The notes under the pieces: model-generated
Told to the model about the DNA's origin: nothing
What the model saw: the letters and a program-made list of their open reading frames with translations, nothing else
The model's database searches: none
Program-made: the position numbers and the translations under genes
Part shown: piece by piece, positions 38,450-50,900 of the stretch
Numbering within the stretch: position 1 is the first letter of the stretch
Layout of the letters: every line of letters begins with the position of its first letter
Assembly (NCBI GenBank): GCA_951406725.2
Contig: OX597815.1
Span: 164,858,001-164,922,000, forward strand
DNA: 64,000 bases
Direction: 5' to 3'
Source: Octopus vulgaris
Lineage: Eukaryota

Positions 38450-38840
38450 GGATTAAAAAGACATCGCAGAAGACAATGGACCTTCATGAGTAACTGTGCG
38501 AGACATATTCTTCAAATTAGTTGACTGGAAAAGATAGAAATGAAAAGCTGCAGCAGAAAGTAGGGCAGGTGCCAGTGGAATAACGGATCCTGATGTATAA
38601 GTGGGGATGGGTGGGCCACATCTTAAGAAAATCAACACCTTACATTATACAATAGGCCTTGACTTAGAAATCACAAGAGAGAAGGGAAAGAGGAGCCCCT
38701 AAAAATAGCTGGAGGCAGAACTGGAGAAGTAGAGATCCAACTGGAGAAAAGTAGAAAAGACAACCAAGGACTGAGAATGTTGGGGAAACTTTGTTGATAA
38801 GCTTAGGGCTCCGTGGAAAGTCAAGGGCTTAAGTAAGTAT
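38450..38840 (+). mobile_element. Degraded 3' end of a different RTE family
   Basis: WGWVGHILRK remnant, degenerate RGRPK-W motif, (TAAG)n tail. Confidence 0.65.
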
Positions 38841-38987
38841 CACACTAGCATGATAATTGGGGAATTATTTAAAACTGTGTTTATGTAGAAAAATTAAGTT
38901 ATTAAAATGGCTGAGATGAAAAAAAAAATAGAATGAGTGTTTGAATAATGTTTACTGATAAACATAAATATATTGTATTCATTTTAG

Positions 38988-39143
38988 GTTATGTTCCAAG
39001 GATATGGCACCAAACAAGGACCATACCATGGCCTTTTGACAAGCACTCCTTACATGACAAAGGATCATTTACAGCTGAAACGCTTCCAAGCTCAGTCTAG
39101 TGGGACAACATATGTTTATGATTTCCCCGAGATGTTCCGACAG
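38988..39143 (+). CDS. ACC: ACC exon
   Basis: KQGPYHG...[33 protein letters not shown]; ttag/gtataa. Confidence 0.95.
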
Positions 39144-39833
39144 GTATAATTAACCCAATTGATATATTGTGTTTTGATAATTGAATTGCTGTTTATTGAA
39201 TTAACTGTAAATTTAACGGTTGAAATTCAGTGTAAGATAATTGCACTCAATATATGCACACATAAATAATAATAATAATAACAACAACCACCACCACTTC
39301 CGCTGCTGCCAACACCACCACCACCACTTTAATGTCTACTTTCCCATGTTTGCATGGGTCAGATAAGGTAGATTTTCTGTGGACAGAGACCCTTCCTATG
39401 TCCGACCCTTACCAGTTTCCATGTGAGGTAATATTTATCCTGGCCCTTTGAACACATTTGCCTTAGTGGCTGTATATATTTTCACGGAGTATAGCTAATG
39501 AGTTATACTATTTGTGTGACATTCATTTGCAATTAGTGGTTGATATCATGGCAAGTGGGACACAAACACATGCACACACACTCACTTATGCACATGTCTG
39601 TGCATGCACACACACACACACATTCACACACAAAACATGCTTCTTTCAAATTCACTCACAAGGTTTTGGTCAGTCTGCAGCTCTAGCAGAGGAGACCTGC
39701 CCATGGTGCTGATGTAAAAATGGTCGTGGTAGTGTAAAAATGATAGTGGCAGCTGCTGCTGTTGTTGTTGTTGTTGTTGTTACATGACTATTGTACCTGT
39801 TATTGCATTATGAAAATTACTTCTTATTTGCAG

Positions 39834-39980
39834 GCTCTCATGAAACTCTGGCAAGAATATTCTATGCAAGCTGGTGAAGCAGATCTCACTCTAATGTCTG
39901 ATATGTTTATTTACATTGAACTTGTACTTGATAGCCACGGACAAATCTGTATGCAGAACCGATTACATGGCCAAAATGAA
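39834..39980 (+). CDS. ACC: ACC exon
   Basis: ALMKLWQEY...ELVLD...NRLHGQNE; gcag/gtaagt. Confidence 0.93.
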
Positions 39981-40435
39981 GTAAGTTATCTAGATAACAT
40001 TTGATTGATTGATTGATTTTTGTAATAATTTTTGTATTGTGATTCATTAAATGAAAATAAATTTCATTGAAATTTATTGAACACATTTTTTTTGTGCTTA
40101 AATTCACTTTTATAACTGAAACAAATGTATTCATTTCTAAATAACCCAAAGTATACTAGTGTGGAAAAATAGGTACCAAAATATGTATTTGTATGTGTTC
40201 ATGTTAATCCATGCGAACATGGAAAGTTACAGTTTGTTTGTTATGTACCCCCCTGTTTCACTGTTAGTTGTAGGATGAACATTAACTGTAAAAAACAATT
40301 GCTTCAATATTTTGTGCTCATCCATATTTCCAAAGCTATTTTACCCTTGTTAGTATAGAGAAATATATGTAAAATTGAGAAGAAAATAGTTTGTGTATAT
40401 CTTTCTCACTATCATTTTTTATTTTATTTACTTAG

Positions 40436-40567
40436 GTTGGTATGGTTGCTTGGAAAATGACTTTGAAAACACCTGAGTTTCAAAATGGCCGAGATATTAT
40501 TGTCATTGCAAATGATATCACACATAAAATAGGTTCCTTCGGACCTCAAGAAGATCTGTTGTTCAAA
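40436..40567 (+). CDS. ACC: ACC exon, carboxyltransferase domain
   Basis: VGMVAWKM...[27 protein letters not shown]; ttag/gtatgt. Confidence 0.96.
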
Positions 40568-40614
40568 GTATGTTTTTTATTTATTTATTCAGATGTTGAT
40601 TATTTGTATTTACA

Positions 40615-40893
40615 TCTCTATATATAAACGGCAGTTTGTCTGTGTGTGTTTCTGTGTGTCTGTTAGGTTGTACCCTCACCCTGACCACGGCTTGAAAAAA
40701 ATCGATAAATTCGACATGGGGTCGAGAATCAGAAACACAAACCACAGACTGTCTAGGGGACGCAACTCGACCTTTTTAACTAAAAAAAAAAAATTTACCA
40801 TCATTTTTCCCCCATTTTTTGGCTATAACTCTCTAAAACTGCTTTACAGTTATTTCCCTTACAAACCCGAGCAACGCCGGGCGATACTGCTAG
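40615..40893 (+). mobile_element. Non-autonomous Helitron
   Basis: A|TC 5' end, (GTCT/GT)n tract, 3' hairpin CCCG..CGGG then CTAG|T; no TSD. Confidence 0.8.
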
Positions 40894-41302
40894 TTTAATA
40901 TATAAGTATCCATAAATGAATAGCTTAAAAAAATAATATAAGCCACTTTATTTGGCTTGTCAGAATTTGAAATCTATTTTTATAGGAATAAAAATATTTA
41001 AAGAACCACTGGGTGGTCGAGGAGCTAGTTATACTGTCTTAAAAAACAAAATATCTCATTGATATTGGTTTGTGCTCTCAAGATAAAATCTGCTGTCACT
41101 TCTGTTTCAGTTGAGTGAAAAAATACTCAAAAAGTAATTTTTACCTCACTTATTTATTCATTTTTTTTTCATCCTAAAAACTCCATCCATTTTGAATGTT
41201 AAAAATAGATTCTCAAGAAAGTGATACTCCTCAATCGTTGTTTTATGTTATTTTTGCTTCTGTCTTCATCAAAATACTACTGCTTTAATCTGTCTGTTTT
41301 AG

Positions 41303-41440
41303 GGTGCATCTGAACTGGCTCGCAAATTAAAATTACCCCGTATTTACCTGGCAGCAAACAGTGGTGCTAGAATTGGTCTAGCAGAAGAGATTAAGCATTT
41401 GTTCCGTGTGGCCTGGGTTGATCAAATCGATCCTAATAAA
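41303..41440 (+). CDS. ACC: ACC exon, CT domain
   Basis: ASELAR...[21 protein letters not shown]; ttag/gtaagt. Confidence 0.96.
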
Positions 41441-41638
41441 GTAAGTATTGCCGTAGCCTTATAAAAGAACAATGGTTTCCAGAAAAACAGACTTATACTT
41501 TCCCATTAATACTATGTAATGTTATTTTGATATTCCTTATTGCTTTTTACAACATTTTTGCTTCACCTGATGGCATCTAATTTCAGTCTGTTAGTACATT
41601 TTTGTTTTTTCATTGGACACTTTTTTCCTTGTTACACA

Positions 41639-41856
41639 CAAGGAGGTGCTGGAAAAATTCCTGGATTTGGGTAAAAGAAAATATCGGAGAATCAGTTAAT
41701 GATGATTTTATTCACCATATTCCCCTCTCAGATTCACACACTTATTGCAGTGGTCCTTCAGTTTTTGTAAGTTCTGTAACGGAATTGAGAAGCTTGGGCC
41801 TCCAACCTGGCCTTTTGCAATACCTTTAAAGCCAGGAACTTTTCAGCACCCCCTCG
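41639..41856. mobile_element. Mariner-type MITE (second copy inverted at 52877-53081)
   Basis: TIR consensus CGAGGGGGTGCTGAAAAGTTCCTGGCTTT; shared internal sequence. Confidence 0.8.
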
Positions 41857-42005
41857 TGTCTTCCCTATTTCATGATGTTGCTTTCCCCCATCAGTTTTTT
41901 TTTTATTCTGTAAACTGATTTGTCTTTACTCTCCTTGTCTTTCATCATAAACAATTTATCTGTTGATTCATCTACTCTCTGATTTTATTTATCATCTGTC
42001 TTTAG

Positions 42006-42126
42006 GGTTTCAAATATCTTTATCTCCGACCTGATGATTTCAAGAAAGTTAGTGCTGCCAATTCTGTCCGAGCTGAACTGATAGATGATGATGGAGAAGC
42101 ACGTTATAAGATTACTGATATCATAG
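42006..42126 (+). CDS. ACC: ACC exon, CT domain
   Basis: GFKYLYL...[11 protein letters not shown]; ttag/gtaaaa. Confidence 0.95.
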
Positions 42127-42654
42127 GTAAAAAAAAATAGCTCATTTATGTTTGTAATTTATGTAATTACTGATCGTATAGAATACAGTAAATTGAATTT
42201 TAGACAGATATTTTAGAGAATTATTACTCTTCTTTTTTTTTTTTTTTCAACATCCATTGTCCATGCTGGCATGGGTTGGACGATTTAACAGAAGCTGACC
42301 AACTTGAGGGGCTGTTCAGGCTCCCTATTTGTTTTGGCATAGTTTCTATGGCTTCGTCGTTTAACATCTGCTTTCCATGCTGGCATGGGTTGGATGGTTT
42401 GACCTGGAGCTGTCCAGACTCCACCTGTCTGTTGGGGCATAGTTTCTATGGCTTGATGCCCTTCCTAGCATCAACCACTTCACACTATACTGGGTGCTTT
42501 TTACATGTCACCGGTACAAGTGTATCTACATAGCACAGGCATGGGTATGTCAACACAGTACCAGCATGTTTACGTTAATGCAGCACAGGCACAGGTGCTT
42601 TTTAAGTGGCTCCAGCACCTGAAAGGACAAACCTGTTTGTGTGGAAGACAGCGA

Positions 42655-42860
42655 TTTTACTTAGCTCGATGTGTCTTACCAAGTACAGAAGATTACCACA
42701 TCTCCCAGTCCCTTGTAATTTTCTCAGTGAGATCCAGCATACAAAGATCCTTTCTCACTACTTCATCCCATGTCTTCCTTGGTCTACCCCTTCCTCAGGT
42801 ACCCTTCAATTAGAGCTCGGCACTTCTTTATGCAAATGTCCTCATCCATATGAACGTGTA
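42655..42860 (-). mobile_element. RTE 3' fragment
   Basis: Reverse strand encodes GRGRPRKTWDEVVRKDL, matching the LINE C-terminus. Confidence 0.75.
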
Positions 42861-44128
42861 TAAAAAAACTCCATGAGGTGAGAGTTAGAAAATAGTAAGG
42901 AGTGATTTGAGCATGGCCTGTTACATGTGAACAGTAAAATATTTTTTAAAGGTTGAGTACAAGTGAGTTGAGAAAAATTACTGGGTATTGAAGGAATTTC
43001 CAGTGTATATTCATGAGAGACAAATCTGTAGAGATAGACTTATTAAGGCTTGGGATAAAGTAGATAGATTGGTTGATGAAAATGTTGGATCTCATCAGGG
43101 AAATGATTCAGGATTAGTATACAGAGAAATATATGGTGTTGCAGAAAAAATGCTTGAAGCATAATACCAAATTTGAAAGAAAAGATGTCAAATGATACTG
43201 ATGATGATGTTGAGTATAACAAAGTATGACATTGAGCTCATATTTATGAGCTCAATGTCATGAATAAATAAATTGATGGCATTTGGTTATGTAAAGTAAT
43301 GAATTGCTCATATTTTCTTAACCAAATGATAATTTGGTATGGTTTAGGACTTCACTGAAACTATATTGTCTTTCAGTATACAACTCCTTGATCCTGTAGT
43401 TAACAACTATTTCATTTTGTCTGTAACTCCTATTGATAATGTAATTTTTCTTCAGAGGTTTTTTAATGATTAAGAATGAAAATAAAAGGAAGATGGTCTT
43501 ATATTTAATTATTTTGATGGATTGAAAATAATTGTATATTGTTAATTAAGCAAACATGTAACGAGTCATTCAAGTGTCATGTCTATTATGAAAGAAGCGA
43601 TTAATTTCTGTTTATGGTTTGCATGTAAATAACTATTATGATCATATGACATTTAATATCAAATGATTTCTTTAATCAAAGACCAATAAAAGAAAAGCTT
43701 TACACATAGAATGAAAGGTCTTAAATTTATAGGAGGAAGGAACTAACTTTGATCCACACTTTCCTCAAGATCATTGTTGATGTAAGTGAAGTGAAAGGCT
43801 TTATCTAGGAATTGAAACCAGATACACATTTAGCTCATTATCTGTTTATTGCTTCATTATAGTACTCACTTCAGTAGAGTGCTCACTGTCGTAAATAGAC
43901 ATTGAATTAGCAGAGTTGTTTGAGTATAAAATATAATGTTTTGTGGTATTTGTTTCAACTCACGACACTCAGAGTTCAAATCTCACTGAGTTCAACTCTG
44001 CCTTTCATCCTTTTGGGTTTGAGAAAAAAATGTACCACTCCAGGGCTGTGGCTTGGAACTGTTGCAGCATCTGATGTTAGAACTTTGCAATATCTGTTCT
44101 GCTTCTTTGTGTTCTGATGTCAACATCA

Positions 44129-44533
44129 GGTGCAGGAGTGGCTGTGAGGTAAGTAGCTTGCTTACCAACCACATGGTTCCGGGTTCAGTCCCACTGCATG
44201 GCTGGCATCTTGGGCAAGTGTCTTCTGCTATAGCCCCGGGCCGACCAATGCCTTGTGAGTGGATTTGGTAGACGGAAACTGAAAGAAGCCTGTCGTATAT
44301 GTGTATATATATGTATGTGTATGTGTATGTTTGTGTATCTGTGTTTGTCCCTCTAGCATTGCTTGACAACCGATGCTGGTGTGGTTTTGTCCCCGTCACT
44401 TAGCGGTTCGGCAAAAGAGACCGATAGAATAAGTACTGGGCTTACAAAGAATAAGACCCGGGGTCGATTTGCTCGACTAAAGGTGGTGCTCCAGCATGGC
44501 TGCAGTCAAATGACTGAAACAAGTAAAAGAGTA
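44129..44533 (+). mobile_element. tRNA-derived CORE-like SINE (other copies about 33739-34155 -, 55020-55520 -, 22975-23295 +, 31775-32040 -, 1730-2310 -, 55880-56345 +)
   Basis: tRNA-like head, CCTTGGGCAAGT core, central (TA/TG)n, GAAACAAGTAAAAGA tail; many near-identical copies. Confidence 0.85.
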
Positions 44534-44843
44534 ACCTTTGATGACTGTAGTGCTAAGTTTTTTGGCCTTGCCTTTCTCTGACCTCTTGAGGAGGATTGTA
44601 GACTCTGAAGAAAAACTGATTTGTTTCATGATGAGTCATCCAAGCTATGGTAACTTGTTAAAGCTATTGATTGGAGTCCATAGTTCAATAAATCAATACT
44701 ATTCCATTATATAACTTACTTCAGAAATTTGGACAATCAAAAATTTCTTAATATTTTTTTCAGTTGTTTTCTGACAAATGATGAATAAATAATTAAGGAA
44801 GTCTAAAATTAAGAAATTAATGTTAAAATGTTTTCTGATTCAG

Positions 44844-44941
44844 GTAAAGAAGATGGAATCGGTGTTGAAAACTTGAGGGGTTCTGGTATGATTGCAGGAG
44901 AGACGTCTCAAGCTTATGATGAAATTGTTACAATAAGTTTG
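44844..44941 (+). CDS. ACC: ACC exon, CT domain
   Basis: [32 protein letters not shown]; tcag/gtaagt. Confidence 0.96.
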
Positions 44942-45075
44942 GTAAGTGTTGTTGCATATTGTATTTAAAAATTCTGTTACTATAATAAAAATAAGAACCA
45001 TTTTTTCCTGTGGAATAATTGTCTTTATTCAATTCTTTGGAATCGGCTAAAGCTAATTTTGGTAAGGAAAAGCTA

Positions 45076-45641
45076 TTGGGTTGTCCGGAAAGTTCGTGTC
45101 GATTTTTAAAGGAAAGAAAAAGGTCAATAAATACTTGCCATTACATTCTTAATCAACCAAATATGAAACATTTTGTTGCACAATGCGTCTCACTCTTTCC
45201 TTTAACTTGAAAATACCCTCTTCCCAGAATTATGGTGGTTTTATGGCAAAGAATTCATCAAGGTATCTTTTTATGTCATCCAAGGAATTGAAATTTTTAT
45301 CATTAAGACTATTCTGCAGAGACCTGAATAAGTGGATATCCAAAGGAGCAATATCTAATGAATATGAAGGGTGGGGTAACTCATCCCAGCCAAACTGCAG
45401 CAATTTTTGTTTGGTTCCCAAAGCATCAAGTGCCGAAAATGAACTTACTTATCTTCCATTTTAAAGGGTTACAAAATTAACACAGGTTATAGGAACATAA
45501 ACCTTCTTCCACGAAAAGATAGCTTAAACTGTGCTCTAAATGGAAGTGTAGTCAAATCTTATTTTATGGACTCAACCATGTTTTAAAATAAGTCGAAATG
45601 TAAGCTACTATAAATCGGCACGAACTTTCCGGACAGCCCAA
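45076..45641 (-). mobile_element. Internally deleted mariner element
   Basis: TIRs TTGGGYTGTCCGGAAAGTTCGTG, TA flanks, remnant HPSYSLDIAPLDIHLF. Confidence 0.9.
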
Positions 45642-46221
45642 TATAATGTAATATGTTCTGGTTGAATAGACGGCAGGCTACTTGTACAGCATCAAGACAC
45701 AATGACTACATATCAAGTAGATAAATCTACAACACAACTTTTTGCACTCACTTTTTTCACATAACTCACAATTAAACATAGCAAGACTCCATAATCTTTG
45801 AATGACAACAACATTTATGACATAACTTGTATGGCAACCACACACATATATAACATATTTGTGAAAGTAAGAGCTTAGTGCTGTAACAGAATTGCTCACC
45901 TAAAACCCAGTATGTGTCTGTGTGGGGGTCCAGTAGCTGCTTGTAGCTGGTGGTGACTTGTGGTTTGCAAGTGTCTTATGACAAATCTCCATCTTGTTTG
46001 AAACTTAAGATACATCAGTCCTAATATTCAGTGCATTCTTTGGTCAGCACCACTACTGTGAATGTCAACATTTGAAGGAAAGTTATGCTGCTTTAGAGCA
46101 TACTACTCCAAATATTGTATGTTTGAGGCTGGAAACTGCCTGCCTAAAGTGAATTTCCAGTGAAACTTCTTTCACCATGGCTTCACATTTAGTATTAGCT
46201 TGGTGACGGTTAAACAGTAAG

Positions 46222-46687
46222 GTGGCGAGCTGGCAGAATCATTAGCACGCCAGGCGAAATGCTTAGCGGTATTTCGTCTGCTGCTATGTTCTGAGTTCAA
46301 ATTCCGCCGAGGTTGACTTTGCCTTTCATCCTTTCGGGGTCGATTAAATAAGTACCAGTTACGCACTGGTGTCGATATAATCGATTTAATCCGTTTGTCT
46401 GTCCTTGCTTGTCTCCTCTATGTTTAGCCCCTTGTGGGTAATAAAGATATTTTTAAGGTGGCGAGCTGGCAGAAACGTTAGCACGCCGGGCGAAATGCTT
46501 AGCGGTATTTCGTCTGCTGCTATGTTCTGAGTTCAAATTCCGCCGAGGTTGACTTTGCCTTTCATCCTTTCGGGGTCGATTAAATAAGTACCAGATACGC
46601 ACTGGGGTCGATATAATCGATTTAATCCATTTGTCTGTCCTTGTTTGTCCTCTCTGTGTTTAGCCCCTTGTGGGTAGTAAAGAAATA
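46222..46687 (+). mobile_element. Tandem dimer of the same SINE
   Basis: Two copies of about 235 bp bounded by 14-bp direct repeat GGTTAAACAGTAAG. Confidence 0.88.
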
Positions 46688-47286
46688 GGTTAAACAGTAA
46701 GATGTCCTTTGTGTGCCTCTCCGTTATTATACCATTTCCATTATTATTGTTGTTTTGCCCTTATAACATACATCATCATCACCATACATTTTTTGACATC
46801 CCCTTTTACATGCCTGCATGAGGCAGATTTTCTATGGCCAGATGTCCTTCCTGCCACCAACTCTTGTTACCATGCAGAGTAATATTTCTCTGTGGCCGGA
46901 CAGGTTTTTGCTGAATATTGGAAGTGAATGACACTCATTTGCAACAATTCCACAATATTTACATGGTGATGCAAACATACTCACACTAGCAGGTGCGCAT
47001 GCACACACACACATATACACACATGTGCACACACGACCTGTTTCTTTCAATTTCCATCTATAATATTCACTCATAAAGCTTTGGTTGGCCTAGAACTATA
47101 GCAGAAAGTGCCATGCTGTGAGGCTGAACCTGAAACCATGTGGTTGGGAAGATAACTTTTTAACCACGCAGCTATTCATGTGTTATACATGACAGCTAAA
47201 ATGTATATTTCATATTTCTGGTGTAAGTGGAGAACTCAAGAACTCAATCATTCTGAAGTGTATCTCTTTTTTCGTCTTCTTTTCAG

Positions 47287-47397
47287 GTGACTTGTCGAGC
47301 TATTGGCATTGGTGCTTATCTTGTGAGACTTGGCCAAAGAATTATTCAAGTAGAGAACTCGCATATCATTTTAACTGGTGCTGGTGCTCTGAATAAA
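47287..47397 (+). CDS. ACC: ACC exon, CT domain
   Basis: [37 protein letters not shown]; tcag/gtaagt. Confidence 0.96.
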
Positions 47398-47913
47398 GTA
47401 AGTCCATGCTCCGTTTTTGAATTATATTTCAGCTGAACTTGTATGTTGTTGTTGTTGCTGTTGTTTATTAACCTTGATCTGCCCTGACCAGACAAACATA
47501 TGGTCAAAGTCATTCCAACCATGACTAACTTCTTTAATAAGACATACTGTACTATTATCCAGTTTTTGTTTTATAATGAGAGGTTGTGATTTGAGATGTA
47601 TTTAGTTTCTATTTCTAGCAAGCTGGGAGATTGCATAGGGACTCCTTGATTAGCTCATAGTGTTATATATTTGAATCATTTAAATCACTTGGATATAGCT
47701 GTTTCAAGAGATAGTAAGCAGCAATGTAAAATGATTTAGCTGTTAAATTTTCAAGTTAACAAAATAGTGCAATCAGTAATTGTAGAGTGTCAATTGTGTT
47801 TGTCTCACTTTTACTATGAAATATCTTGACCCTTTTGATACTCAGATACCTATAAGATGTACACACCCACCCACACACTCACACACATACACACACACAT
47901 TAAAAGTATGTTG

Positions 47914-47947
<34 letters not shown>

Positions 47948-50900
47948 TGGACCCCCCCTCCCCAACTCAACTCTAGAATATCTGTATTTCTTTCCTCTAC
48001 CTAATTACGTTACTCAGTGACGATAACGAATGTCCACTGCTAACACCAGCTCCTGCCCACGGCGTGGACAGGTTGGAAGAGAGATCAAAAGAAAAATACC
48101 ACGAAAACTATCACCACCACTACAACCCTCCTCTTCTCAGGCGCCGAATCCCCCCGTCCCCCCACATCTCCTTCCCAGTTTTCAGAGTTGGCACTATCAA
48201 TGTTGGTACATTGACAGGCAAGTCTAGTGAGATTGTAGAGATGCTAGAGAGAAGACAGGTTGATGTATGCTGCATACAAGAGGTAAGATGGAGAGATGCT
48301 TCGGCTAGGGTCCTCACGGGCAAGGCACTTAGATACAAACTCTACTGGCAAGGTAACGCGGAAGGTGTAGGGGGTGTAGGCATTCTCCTTGCGGAGGAAT
48401 GGGTGGATAAGGTCATAGAGGTTGTCAGGGTTTGTGATAGAGTGCTTAAGCTCAGGTTGGTCCTACAGAGTGGCACAGCTATGATTATCTCAGCCTATGC
48501 CCCACAAGCGGGACTACCAAATGATCAGAAGGACAACTTTTATGATACCCTTCTGCAGGCTACTTCAAAGACTAGTAACAAGGACCTCATCTTTGTAGGT
48601 GGAGATTTTAATGGGCATGTTGGGCGGGAATCGGGTATCTTCACTGGGGTACATGGTGGCTATGGTATTGGCACCAGAAATGATGAGGGAACTAGACTGC
48701 TGGAATTCTGTGATGCATGTAACCTTTCAATCTGCAACACTAACTTCAAGAAGCCAGTCTGCCACCTTATAACTTATCAGTCAGGAGACTCCGCTAGCCA
48801 AATAGACTTCATCCTCACCAGACAACGGGATGCAGGGTTGCTCTTGAATACAAAGACCCTCCCGGGTGAAGAATGTATCCCTCAGCATAGACTAATCATC
48901 AGTGACTTTAAGCTTGAGGCCAGAAGGACTCCAAGAAACAAACCAATCCAGAAAAGAAGGATTTGGAGGCTAAAGAACCCTTCGCATGGTCAGAAATTTA
49001 GGGACATACTCATCAAGAAATTTGATGAGAGGGAAGAGGAGCTTCAGACGTCAGACATAGAAGGTAGCTGGGAATTCCTACGGGACAGCTTGTTGAGTGC
49101 CACAGACCAAGTTTGTGGATGGTGCAAAGTCCCTTCCAGACCTAGAATTACGTGGTGGTGGAATAGTGCAGTAGATAAAGCCATCTGTGAAAAGAGACGG
49201 GCCTGGAAAGCCTGGAAGGATGGAGGCAGCAGGGAACTGTACCAGATAGCCAAAAGGGAGGCTGGGCGGCAGGTATACATTGCCAAAGATGTAGCAGAAA
49301 AGAAGAAGTTTGCCAATGTCCAGCGTCGCGAGGATCAAAGAGCTGAAGTATTTCGGATTGCCAGACAGTGTGTCAGAGAAAATAGCGATGTTATAGGAGA
49401 GAAATGTGTCCGCATGGATGATGGGGCACTTGCTTTTACTACTAGTGAAAAGAAAGAGGCTTGGAGAAGCCATTATGAAAGACTGCTGAATGAGGAGAAT
49501 GAATGGGAGGAGGAGAGCCTGCCAAATGTTGACCCAGTAGAGGGACCAGCTACCCGAATAGACAGCTCCCTTGTAGATAAGGCAATTAAGGATATGAAAC
49601 CAGGCAAAGCCCCTGGCCTATCAGGAATCACTGCTGAGATGCTTAAAACAGCTGGCTATGTGGGCCATGCCATAGTCACCCGCATTGTAAACCAGGTAGT
49701 TCACAATGGAGCCATACCCAATGACTGGTGCAGCAGCACCATAGTCAACTGCTACAAGGGTAAGGGTGATGCTCTAGATAGAAATAACTACAGAGGTATC
49801 AAACTGTTGGACCAGGTGATGAAGGTCTCAGAGAAGGTCATAACCAAACTCATTAGGGAGAGAATTTGTTTAGATGAAATGCAGTTCGGTTTTGTACCAG
49901 GTAGAAGCACCACTGATGCTATATTCCTGGTCCGACAACTGCAGGAGAAGTACCTAGCTAAAGATAAACCCCTCTACATAGCTTTTGTAGACTTGGAGAA
50001 AGCCTTTGACAGGGTTCCCCGTTCCCTTATCTGGTGGTCGATGCGGAAACTGGAGATTGAAGAATGGCTAATAAGGGCTGTACAGGCTCTATACAGAGAG
50101 GCTGTCAGCAAGGTTAGGATTGGCAACGAATATAGTGAAGAATTCCGAGTAGAAGTAGGTGTGCACCAGGGCTCAGCCCTCAGTCCCCTTTTATTCATCA
50201 TAGTCCTTCAGGCAATAACAGAGGAATTCAAAACGGGATGCCCCTGGGAGCTCCTCTATGCCGATGACCTAGCTCTCATAGCAGAATCACTACCGGAACT
50301 AGAAGAGAAATTTCGGGTGTGGAAGCAAGGGTTGGAATCAAAGGGCCTTAGAATAAATGTAGCAAAGACCAAAGTATTAGTAAGCAGCAAGAGGTACTCA
50401 GCACACATCCCCTCAGGTAGGTGGCCCTGCTCAACCTGTAGGAAAGGTACAGGTAGAAACTCCATAAGATGCACCCAATGTAAGTTATGGACACATAAGA
50501 GGTGCAGCAACATTAAAGGGAAATTAACAGATAAGATAGCTTTCATGTGTGGCAGATGCACAGGGACAATAGACACAACAGACACTCAGAAAACAGATTC
50601 CATCACACTCCAGGGAGAGAAACTAGAAGTAGTTGATAGTTTCCGCTACCTGGGAGACCAAGTTAGTAGCGGAGGTGGATGCACAGAGAGTATCACCACT
50701 AGAATACGAATAGCCTGGGCAAAGTTCAGAAAGCTCCTACCCCTACTGGCAACAAAAGGTCTCTCCCTCAGAGCAAAAGGTAGATTGTATGATGCATGTG
50801 TGCGAACTGCCATGCTTCACGGTAATGAAACATGGGCTGTGACTGCAGAAGACATGCGTAGACTTGAAAGAAATGAAGCTAGCATGATCCGCTGGATGTG

